From positions 1-32,247 of the forward strand of contig JAGCOU010000041.1 in NCBI GenBank assembly GCA_017642565.1: a stretch of 32,247 nt of DNA, in the 5' to 3' direction. A model generated the notes under the pieces. It was given only the letters and a program-made list of their open reading frames with translations. It ran no database searches and had not been told where the DNA came from. Shown piece by piece: positions 25,908 to 32,247 of the stretch. This DNA comes from Alphaproteobacteria bacterium (lineage in GTDB: Bacteria; Pseudomonadota; Alphaproteobacteria; Rs-D84). Position 1 is the first letter of the stretch. Each line of letters opens with the position of its first letter. The translations under genes and the position numbers were made by a program.

Positions 25908-26678
25908 ATGTTTACGTGGTTAAATATTATACAAATTTTTGTAATCGTTTTTATTGTGTATGTGTTTTATGTAAGTTTTATAAAAAATACTTCGTCTGAA
26001 AGATTGGTTCGTGGACTCATAGGTCTCGGCATTCTTTGGGCGTTGAGTTTTTTATTGCCGTGGGTTCATTTGTATTTGCTTGGTCGTTTTTTGCACTGGA
26101 TTGCGCTTTTTATGTCTATGGGGTTGATAGTGATTTTTCAACCAGAATTGCGTAAATTTTTGGCTTTGATGGGAAATGTAAAGGGATTAAAAAAAGCAAT
26201 TTTCACTTTTAAGCAAATTGAAAAAAAAGCAAATGATAAACAAAAAGCCATAGACGAAATAGTTAAAGCCGTGTCTTATATGTCTGAAAAACATACAGGG
26301 GCGCTGTTGGTGTTTATGAACGAAGAAGATATGGCGACTATTGAAAGATATGGAACACAAATAAACGCGATTATTTCAAGTGAATTATTGTTGACTATAT
26401 TCTTTAATAAAACGCCTTTGCATGATGGGGCTGTTTTGGTTATGAATAATAAAATTGCTTATGCGGGTGCTATATTGCCTTTGTCCCAGAATCAGTTGCA
26501 ATGGAAATATGGAACGCGTCACAGAGCTGCGCTTGGTATGAGTGAAGCATCCAATGCCACAATTTTAATCGTTTCTGAAGAAACAGGTGATATATCGTTT
26601 GCTGAAAAAGGCAGTATAAAAAAATATGACGATTTGAAAAAAGTAAAAAATAAATTGGAAAAATTATTGATAAAATAA
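25908..26678 (+). CDS. cdaA: Diadenylate cyclase CdaA (c-di-AMP synthase)
   Basis: Three N-terminal TM helices followed by a DAC domain (FQPELRKF, GALLVF, TPLHDGAVLV, GTRHRAALGMSE, ILIVSEETGDIS). ATG 25908 is preferred over GTG 25905 because AAGGAG (25896-901) lies 6 nt upstream. Directly abuts the asmA-like stop. Confidence 0.85.
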   Translation: MFTWLNIIQIFVIVFIVYVFYVSFIKNTSSERLVRGLIGLGILWALSFLLPWVHLYLLGRFLHWIALFMSMGLIVIFQPELRKFLALMGNVKGLKKAIFTFKQIEKKANDKQKAIDEIVKAVSYMSEKHTGALLVFMNEEDMATIERYGTQINAIISSELLLTIFFNKTPLHDGAVLVMNNKIAYAGAILPLSQNQLQWKYGTRHRAALGMSEASNATILIVSEETGDISFAEKGSIKKYDDLKKVKNKLEKLLIK

Positions 26679-26736
26679 ATTGCAGAAACAATGTTTTGTC
26701 AATTGTGATAATATTTTAAATTGTGAAGATTTGCTC

Positions 26737-26766
26737 TTGCACCGAATCGGGGTTTTTTGATAAAAT
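26737..26766 (+). promoter_or_regulatory. Putative sigma70-type promoter for dnaN (TTGCAC-N18-TGaTAAAAT)
   Basis: TTGCAC at 26737-42 and TAAAAT at 26761-66, preceded by TGa. Confidence 0.5.
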
Positions 26767-26810
26767 CAGGGATAAGGAAAAAAGTAAATTAAAAAGAACA
26801 GGAGCAAGTT

Positions 26811-27920
26811 ATGGAATTTTCAGTGTTTCGTCAGGTTTTAATACGTGCGCTGGGGCATATGCAATCTATCGTTGAAAAACGCGCTACATTGCCCATTTTG
26901 GTTAATGTTAAAATAGAAGTGGCAGATGATTTAATTTTGTCTGCGACAAATGTAGATTTGGAATTGGTTGAACATGTTGCGGCAGATATAACTTTGTCTG
27001 GTAAAACAACTGTGCCGGTCCAAATGCTTTATGATATTGTTCGTAAATTGCCAGATGATGCGGAAATAAGTTTTAAGCAATCTGGGGACAAGTTGGTTGT
27101 ATCAAGTGGACGCGCAGTTTTCCATTTGCCGACTTTGCCAGCAGAAAATTTCCCTGCGATGGCTGGTGGAAATTTAAGCACGAAATTCCAAATGACGACT
27201 GGTGATTTGGCTCATTTAATTAATCAAACAAAGTTTGCTATACCAACAGATGATGTTCGTTATCATTTGGGCGGTATATATTTCCATATTGATGATAATG
27301 GCAAATTGACTGCGGTTGCAACTGACGCGCAAAGAATGGCTTTGTGCGCTATCAAAGCACCGGCGGGAACAAATGGTATGCCATCTGTAATTATCCCAAG
27401 ACGCGTTATTGGCGAATTATCTAAATTGTTAGAAGATGCAAATGTTGATGATGTTTTGGTTGAACTATCTGATACCAAGGCTCGCTTTACTGTTGGTGCT
27501 GCCACATTGACGAGCAAATTGGTCGATGCTCAATATCCAAATTATCGTGTTGTTATTCCAAAGGGCAACGATAAAATCGCTATTTTGGACAGAAAGCAAT
27601 TTGTTAACGCAGTAGATTTGGTTTCTGTGGCGAGTGTTGATAAAACAAAATCTGTATCATTATCATTTTCTATGAATAAATTGGTTATCAATGCATCGAG
27701 TCCTGATGCCGGAACCGCTACCCAAGAATTAGATATTGAATACAATGGCGATGCAGTATTTACTATTAATTTCAATGTTAAATTCTTACTTGATGTAGCA
27801 GGCCAAGTCGAAGGTGAAAAATTCCAGATAGAAATGCAGGAATCTTTGTCACCAACGATTATCAAATCTACGGAAAAGGATACTGATTCGTTGTTTGTGT
27901 TAATGCCAATGAGAATGTAA
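26811..27920 (+). CDS. dnaN: DNA polymerase III beta sliding clamp
   Basis: 369 aa. LGHMQSIVEKRATLPILVNVKIE...LSATNVDLE at the N-terminus, ATDAQRMA in the middle and a C-terminal ...LFVLMPMRM. Confidence 0.92.
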   Translation: MEFSVFRQVLIRALGHMQSIVEKRATLPILVNVKIEVADDLILSATNVDLELVEHVAADITLSGKTTVPVQMLYDIVRKLPDDAEISFKQSGDKLVVSSGRAVFHLPTLPAENFPAMAGGNLSTKFQMTTGDLAHLINQTKFAIPTDDVRYHLGGIYFHIDDNGKLTAVATDAQRMALCAIKAPAGTNGMPSVIIPRRVIGELSKLLEDANVDDVLVELSDTKARFTVGAATLTSKLVDAQYPNYRVVIPKGNDKIAILDRKQFVNAVDLVSVASVDKTKSVSLSFSMNKLVINASSPDAGTATQELDIEYNGDAVFTINFNVKFLLDVAGQVEGEKFQIEMQESLSPTIIKSTEKDTDSLFVLMPMRM

Positions 27921-27943
27921 AAACAAAATAAATTAAATATAAT

Positions 27944-28005
27944 TATTCATCTGCTTGTTGTCGGCGCGTTTATGTAGGTTTACTACACTGCACTTGCCGA
28001 CAACA
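27944..28005 (+). repeat. Dispersed repeat copy 3 (leader half) closing a long hairpin
   Basis: tattcatctgcttgttgtcggcgcgtttatg resembles 10667-10690 and 28048-28074. TGTTGTCGGC (27956-65) pairs perfectly with GCCGACAACA (27996-28005) across a 30-nt loop. A TATAAT lies at 27938-43 just upstream. Confidence 0.6.
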
Positions 28006-28018
28006 TCGCATCTAAACA

Positions 28019-28078
28019 ATTCTATTTAATTTATGAATCGGTATATTTATTTGTTTATTGTTGGCGCGTTTATGCCGT
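28019..28078 (+). repeat. Dispersed promoter/leader-like repeat, copy 2 (upstream of efp)
   Basis: attctatttaatttatgaatcggtatatt (28019-28047) matches 10641-10669 at 27 of 29 positions with the same geometry (ATTCTA-N17-TATATT). It is followed by tatttgtttattgttggcgcgtttatgccg and then T7. Confidence 0.7.
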
Positions 28079-28147
28079 TTTTTTGTTGCGAAAAGAGAAC
28101 TTTTATTATATTCTTATGCCGTAAATTCTTAACAAGAGGTAAAACAA

Positions 28148-28717
28148 ATGGCATCTTATATTGCAAATGATATGCGTGTGGGTTGGGTAATTTCCCATAA
28201 CGGTAAACGTTATTCTGTGACTTCTATTACAAAGGTAAAACCTGGCAAAGGTGGCGCTTTTGTTCAGGCTGATTTGCGTGATATTGATTCAGGTAACAAA
28301 GGTGGCGACAGATGGCGCGCAGAAGACAAAGTTGAAAAATTGATGGTTGAAGATTTGGAATGTCAATATTTGTACACCGATGGAACAGATGCGACATTTA
28401 TGAATTTGTCTGACTATGAACAGTTTACTATGCCAAATGAAAGTTTGGGTGAACAGATGAAATTTTTGGCTCCTGAAATGATTGTTCGTGCCAATTTTGT
28501 CGAAGGTCATCCAGTATCAATCACTTTGCCAAAAACAGTAGTTGCAACAGTTGAAGAAACTGAACCTGCATTAAAAGGTCAAACGGCAACCAGCAGCGGC
28601 GGCAAACCTGCAATTTTGGATAACGGTGTTCGCGTTCAAGTTCCAACCTTTATTGAACAAGGCGAAAAGATTGTGGTAAATACTGAAACATTAGAATATG
28701 TGGAAAGAGCAAAATAA
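28148..28717 (+). CDS. efp: Translation elongation factor P
   Basis: 189 aa. Contains the KPGKGGAFVQADLRD loop and the C-terminal GEKIVVNTETLEYVERA motif. Confidence 0.95.
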   Translation: MASYIANDMRVGWVISHNGKRYSVTSITKVKPGKGGAFVQADLRDIDSGNKGGDRWRAEDKVEKLMVEDLECQYLYTDGTDATFMNLSDYEQFTMPNESLGEQMKFLAPEMIVRANFVEGHPVSITLPKTVVATVEETEPALKGQTATSSGGKPAILDNGVRVQVPTFIEQGEKIVVNTETLEYVERAK

Positions 28718-28732
28718 ATTAGCATCTTTAAC

Positions 28733-28760
28733 AAAAACCGCCAACATGGCGGTTTTTTTT
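28733..28760 (+). terminator. Intrinsic terminator after efp
   Basis: ACCGCC (28737-42) pairs with GGCGGT (28748-53) with loop AACAT, followed by a T-run to 28760. Confidence 0.85.
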
Positions 28761-28763
28761 GGT

Positions 28764-28792
28764 TTGCTTTTTGGGATAATCATATTTATAAT
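28764..28792 (+). promoter_or_regulatory. Near-consensus sigma70 promoter (TTGCTT-N17-TATAAT)
   Basis: TTGCTT at 28764-69, an exact 17-nt spacer and TATAAT at 28787-92. Predicted TSS near 28799. Confidence 0.6.
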
Positions 28793-28798
28793 AATCTT

Positions 28799-28995
28799 GA
28801 ACCTGGATGGGATTTTAGGTTCGGGGCTGTCATAAGCCCATCTAATCCGGTGTGTAAAACACATCGTCAAATCCCCCAACCATTGGTTGGGGAGCCGCAG
28901 GCTATACAACAGGGGCAACCCGAAAGCCGCGGAATCAATGATTAGATGATTTATGAACTCCCCGACCGCCATTTTATGACGGTCTTTTTGTTTTT
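28799..28995 (+). ncRNA. Structured ~190-nt leader or small RNA, unclassified (candidate cis-regulatory RNA switch)
   Basis: The closing helix 28818-28847 / 28940-28967 is built from GGUUCGGGG/CCCCGACC, UCAUAA/UUAUGA and CAUCUAAUC/GAUUAGAUG. It encloses hairpins 28848-66, 28874-92 and 28895-932; the last is capped by GGG-GCAA-CCC. A weak terminator (GACCG 28964-68 / CGGUC 28980-84, then U-runs) follows. Confidence 0.55.
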
Positions 28996-29018
28996 AACAT
29001 AAAAAATGGTTGGGGAAT

Positions 29019-29393
29019 ATGAAAGATTCTATTTGTATCAAAGGTGTCACTTTTAAAAGAATTAATGAAGATTTGTTTAAAGAAATAGACCCAAACACAA
29101 TATTATTTTTTATGATATCACAATCTGGTCTGGTTGACAGACGCGGAACAATTTATATTTTCACCAAATCTGCGGCATTTTTTATGGACAGAGAAGATTA
29201 CGGCGATGGTTTCATAGATAGACTTTTGTTATCTGTAGAGGAATGGGATTTGATAAATGTATATTTTTGTGATTTGTTGATTATAGACCCAAAAATTTAT
29301 AATACTTTTGCGCGTGAACTATGTGCGCGAAACATACGTGATTTTTGGTTTGAAACAGCAACATGTGTTTACAGAGATAAATATATTGAATAG
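29019..29393 (+). CDS. Hypothetical cytoplasmic protein (124 aa)
   Basis: ATG 29019 is preferred over the track TTG at 29010. The SD-like GGTTGGGGA at 29008-16 lies 2 nt upstream. No motifs recognised. Confidence 0.6.
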   Translation: MKDSICIKGVTFKRINEDLFKEIDPNTILFFMISQSGLVDRRGTIYIFTKSAAFFMDREDYGDGFIDRLLLSVEEWDLINVYFCDLLIIDPKIYNTFARELCARNIRDFWFETATCVYRDKYIE

Positions 29394-29430
29394 TTTTGGG
29401 TATCTTTTTTTATGGACAACAATAATTAAC

Positions 29431-30102
29431 TTATTTTTTTAATGTAATTAAATATTTTTTCTGTGATGGGGAAATGCGAAATGATTCTGTGCATTTTTGA
29501 ATAGTTTTGTTATGTGTCCAAGTATCAAGATTTTTGTTTTCTATAATTTTTATAACTGAATCCCAATTTTTTGCCAATGCTGTCGCAAAATACCAAGCGC
29601 GCATCATATTAACATAATATTCTGTGCTTTTTACTTTTATCACCATATTCGCATATTTTAAATTAAAATTTTCGCCAAGATAAAAACGCATTAATAATCC
29701 AATTGCAAAACGTTGGGTATAAATATGTTTCGATTTAATCCATTTTTTTATGTATGGCAAAAGTTTATCAATGTTTTTTATAAATGTTTTTGGTATTAAT
29801 TGATCGCAAGTTGCCCAATTATCAACGTATACAAGAAATTTATCAACGTTTTTTATACATATTTCAAAATCTGGGATATTAGATAAAACAAAAGCGTGAA
29901 TTTGGTTTTCTTCAAAATATTTATGTGGCAGAGAATTTAAAAAAATTTCAGGATTTGAAATTGTTTTTGCATATTTTTTTAATTCTGGTGTATGAATCCC
30001 TATGATATTTTCTTTGTTTATGGTTGGTAATAAACTTGCATTGAATTTTGCAAATTTTTCATCGCGCATATTGAATAAATCAGTCACAATTTTGTTTGTC
30101 AT
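29431..30102 (-). CDS. DNA alkylation repair protein (AlkD-like HEAT-repeat family)
   Basis: 223 aa, helical repeat protein. The pattern ...ELKKYAK...HKYFEENQIHAFVL...WIKSKHIYTQRFAIGLLMRFYL...MRAWYFATALAKN fits the DNA alkylation repair enzyme family as I remember it. Confidence 0.6.
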   Translation of the reverse strand: MTNKIVTDLFNMRDEKFAKFNASLLPTINKENIIGIHTPELKKYAKTISNPEIFLNSLPHKYFEENQIHAFVLSNIPDFEICIKNVDKFLVYVDNWATCDQLIPKTFIKNIDKLLPYIKKWIKSKHIYTQRFAIGLLMRFYLGENFNLKYANMVIKVKSTEYYVNMMRAWYFATALAKNWDSVIKIIENKNLDTWTHNKTIQKCTESFRISPSQKKYLITLKK

Positions 30103-30108
30103 ATTTTT

Positions 30109-31050
30109 TTATATCTTATATCCGCTGCCCATGATGTTTTGAATTTCGTTGATGCAATTTTGGGTCATTTCTTCTTTTGCGGCGGTTAAATATTCGCGCG
30201 GGTCAAAAACTTTTTTATTTTTGGCTAATGTTTCACGAATTGCGGCAGTAAATGCAAGTCGCGAATCTGAATCTACATTGACTTTGGTGATGTGAAGCGA
30301 AATGGCTTTGCGAATTTGTGCTGGTGCGATTCCCAAGGCGTTTTTTATGTCGCCACCAAATTGATTTATATCTTTGACATATTTTTGCGGAACAGATGAT
30401 GCACCATGCAAGACCAATGGGGTGCGCGGAATTTCTGTCGTGATTTCTTTTAATATATCAAAGCGCAAAGATTCTTTGGCGCTTTTTCTTTTGTATGCAC
30501 CGTGCGAAGTCCCAATTGCAACAGCCAAAGAATCTGTTTGGGTTTTGTTTACAAAATCTTTAACGATTTTTGGGTCTGTGTAGGAATGTGAAGCAGATTT
30601 TGTGTTTTCGTCTTCGATTCCAGACAAAGTGCCGATTTCTGTTTCAACTGATACATCAAATTTATGGGCATAGTCTGCTGTGCGGCGCGATATTTTTATA
30701 TTTTCTTTGGTTGGTAAAGCACTGCCGTCAAACATGACAGATGAAAAACCTAAATCAATCGCAGTTTTGCAGATTTCAAAACTATGTCCGTGGTCAAGAT
30801 GCAGGGCAATTTGATTCTTTTTATATTTCGCACCACAGATTAACCCCATTAAAATATCTTTGCCCATGTATTTCAGCGCGCTTTCGGATACTGCCAATAT
30901 CACAGGACTTTGAGTTATTTCTGCGGCTTTTAAAATGGCGTCCAATGTTTCCATATTATAAAAATTAAACGCTGGGACAGCGTATCCGCCACGCAAGGCG
31001 CGATTCAATAATGTTTTTGTGTTAGCTAATCCAAAATTAGAATAGTGCAT
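30109..31050 (-). CDS. fba: Class II fructose/ketose-bisphosphate aldolase
   Basis: Start moved to ATG 31050, with a GGGGGA SD 6 nt upstream. MHYSNFGLANTKTLLNRALRGGYAVPAFNFYNMETLDAILKAAE...PVILAVSE...LHLDHGHSFE...VLHGASS. Confidence 0.85.
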   Translation of the reverse strand: MHYSNFGLANTKTLLNRALRGGYAVPAFNFYNMETLDAILKAAEITQSPVILAVSESALKYMGKDILMGLICGAKYKKNQIALHLDHGHSFEICKTAIDLGFSSVMFDGSALPTKENIKISRRTADYAHKFDVSVETEIGTLSGIEDENTKSASHSYTDPKIVKDFVNKTQTDSLAVAIGTSHGAYKRKSAKESLRFDILKEITTEIPRTPLVLHGASSVPQKYVKDINQFGGDIKNALGIAPAQIRKAISLHITKVNVDSDSRLAFTAAIRETLAKNKKVFDPREYLTAAKEEMTQNCINEIQNIMGSGYKI

Positions 31051-31196
31051 TAAATCCCCCTGTTTTTTAGTATTATAACATATTTTTGACAAAAAAGTGT
31101 AATTTTTTGTATAAAAACTTGACAATTAAATTTTTTCTGTCAAAATTTTAGTAACGAATCGGGAGAGCCAGAGAGATAACAAACGAGGAAAACAAA

Positions 31197-31565
31197 ATGA
31201 AAAAAGTTATTTTGTCAGTATTGGGTTTAACTTTGTTGGCTGCATGCTCTGGCTATGATTATTACAAAACAGATGTTCGCTATCGTCAAGAAGGCAAAGA
31301 TTGCGTATATTACTATGGCGAAAAAGGCAATAAATTCAATGATGAAATTCGTTCATTGAAAGATGCCAAGAAAATCGTGTATCGTAATACAAATTGCCAA
31401 GACTTGTACATGGACGATACTTTTGGCGCAGAACGCAATGACAGAAAAGCGATTGTTCCTGTGTATACAGAACCAAAAGTTGCTTCTAAGTGCGGTTGCA
31501 CAAAATGTGGCAGAAAACAAACTTTGAAAAGCAGATATATTATCGTTCCAGCTTATGCAGGTTAA
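31197..31565 (+). CDS. Hypothetical lipoprotein
   Basis: 122 aa. Lipobox LLAA-C (MKKVILSVLGLTLLAACSG), an SD GAGGAAAA upstream, and six further Cys. Confidence 0.7.
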   Translation: MKKVILSVLGLTLLAACSGYDYYKTDVRYRQEGKDCVYYYGEKGNKFNDEIRSLKDAKKIVYRNTNCQDLYMDDTFGAERNDRKAIVPVYTEPKVASKCGCTKCGRKQTLKSRYIIVPAYAG

Positions 31566-31583
31566 TCTGTTGATAAATAATTT

Positions 31584-31611
31584 AAAAAACACCGCTGTGG
31601 CGGTGTTTTTT
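31584..31611 (+). terminator. Intrinsic terminator
   Basis: ACACCGC (31589-95) pairs with GCGGTGT (31600-06) with loop TGTG, followed by a T-run to 31611. Confidence 0.8.
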
Positions 31612-31620
31612 ATTTTTTAT

Positions 31621-31649
31621 TTGTTTATAGGTCTTTTTTGTGATAAAAT
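31621..31649 (+). promoter_or_regulatory. Putative sigma70-type promoter (TTGTTT-N17-TGaTAAAAT)
   Basis: TTGTTT at 31621-26, a 17-nt spacer ending in TGa, and TAAAAT at 31644-49. This places the TSS downstream of the 31555 and 31648 ATGs. Confidence 0.5.
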
Positions 31650-31674
31650 GAAAGCATTACAAAGGAGTCTTTAT

Positions 31675-32046
31675 ATGAAAAAAATTATAAATAAAATCAA
31701 TTTTGCCTTAATCGCCATGGTTGTGTCTACATCTGCGTTTGCTGCCAAGGCTGTTGGTTCAAATACTATTCAAGTGCAAACAGGTATGTGTGATTTAATT
31801 ACCAGATTGCATGGTATTTTTGAAACTTTGCGAATTTTGGCTTTTGTTGGTGCTGCTTTCTATATCGCAGGATGGGCATGGAAATATATTTCAAGTGGTG
31901 ACGCAAAAGTAGAAGACCTTAAAAAGCAAGGTATTGCTTTGTTGGTTGGTTTCGGTTTGTTATTCATGATTGGTGTTTTGTTCTCGTTCATATTATCTGC
32001 TTCTGGCATGGAAATGATGGGGTGCGAAGCTTTAACAAACTGGTAA
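31675..32046 (+). CDS. Small secreted two-TM protein, VirB2/TrbC-pilin-like
   Basis: ATG 31675 with an AAAGGAG SD at 31661-67. Signal peptide MKKIINKINFALIAMVVSTSAFA/AK, then two hydrophobic helices (LRILAFVGAAFYIAGWAW and GIALLVGFGLLFMIGVLFSFIL) separated by a charged loop. That is the layout of T4SS major pilins. Confidence 0.45.
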   Translation: MKKIINKINFALIAMVVSTSAFAAKAVGSNTIQVQTGMCDLITRLHGIFETLRILAFVGAAFYIAGWAWKYISSGDAKVEDLKKQGIALLVGFGLLFMIGVLFSFILSASGMEMMGCEALTNW

Positions 32047-32061
32047 AGATTATATTTATTG

Positions 32062-32089
32062 AAAAACCGTCCGGATGGACGGTTTTTTT
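32062..32089. terminator. Bidirectional intrinsic terminator
   Basis: A-run 32062-66, stem CCGTCC (32067-72) / GGACGG (32077-82) with loop GGAT, then T-run 32083-89. Confidence 0.8.
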
Positions 32090-32247
32090 ATCTGATGATT
32101 ACAGGGTAATTTTCTTTCCAGAATCTTTTTCGAATATTTTTTACTTGTTTAGGGGTTTCTTCGAAACTCGTCTTAAGTAAATGTTTTTCTGGTGTTGTGT
32201 TATGCCTCTTAAATTCGTTTCTCGCTTTAATCGCGTAAGTTCTAACC
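32088..32247 (-). CDS. C-terminal fragment of an unidentified protein (runs off right edge)
   Basis: The minus-strand frame is open from the window edge to stop TAA at 32090-32088: ...VRTYAIKARNEFKRHNTTPEKHLLKTSFEETPKQVKNIRKRFWKENYPVIIR*. Not in the ORF track because no start lies in the window. No family recognised. Confidence 0.35.
   Translation of the reverse strand, partial: VRTYAIKARNEFKRHNTTPEKHLLKTSFEETPKQVKNIRKRFWKENYPVIIR

Noticed and set aside
28691-28972. 93-aa minus-strand ORF overlapping the efp terminator and the structured leader.
   Set aside because: It spans a terminator and a promoter, has no SD, and lies antisense to a region whose base-pairing pattern explains the sequence better.
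28799-28995. Tried to assign the two structured RNAs to SRP (4.5S), RNase P, 6S, SAM-I, TPP, cobalamin, ZTP or Mn2+ (yybP) classes.
   Set aside because: The signature strings I remember are absent or only vaguely echoed. These include GGAAGCAGCC for SRP, GAGGAAAGUCCGGGC for RNase P, CUGAGA/ACCUGAUCUGGAUAAUGCCAGCG for TPP, GCCACUG for B12 and GGGGAGUAG for yybP. I left both RNAs unclassified rather than force a name.

Overview
AT-rich bacterial chromosomal segment. Gene content and the ParE, DnaA and GatCA sequences look proteobacterial, probably a small-genome alphaproteobacterium; that taxonomic guess is inference. There are about 35 protein genes, mostly housekeeping genes in short operons: gatC..gatA, ruvX, an AI-2E permease, a minimal sufB-sufC locus, rpsT, plsY, dprA, dnaA, dnaJ, parE, uvrC-pgsA, an RluA-family synthase, asmA-cdaA, dnaN, efp, an AlkD-like repair protein and fba. 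Envelope and secretion genes are interspersed: a TcpQ/PilL-like protein plus a lipoprotein secretin, an isolated prepilin-like gene, a VirB2/TrbC-like small protein, and several signal-peptide proteins of unknown function. I recognised no rRNA, tRNA, CRISPR array, transposase or integrase. Four things stand out. (1) A roughly 190-nt structured leader runs from a consensus promoter to the SD of an orphan ORF. It has a four-way junction, a terminator overlapping its closing helix, and an anti-SD/SD duplicate, so it is a candidate unclassified RNA switch (28764-29021). (2) A two-gene Cys-rich/HhH cassette sits tightly packed between gatC and gatA (776-2079). (3) A GC-rich element of about 230 nt with an internal 30-nt tandem duplication lies between the secretin gene and rpsT (10641-10907). 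(4) A three-copy promoter/leader-like repeat links that element to the dnaN-efp spacer. All functional readings of these four are inference and need covariance-model, homology and transcript checks.
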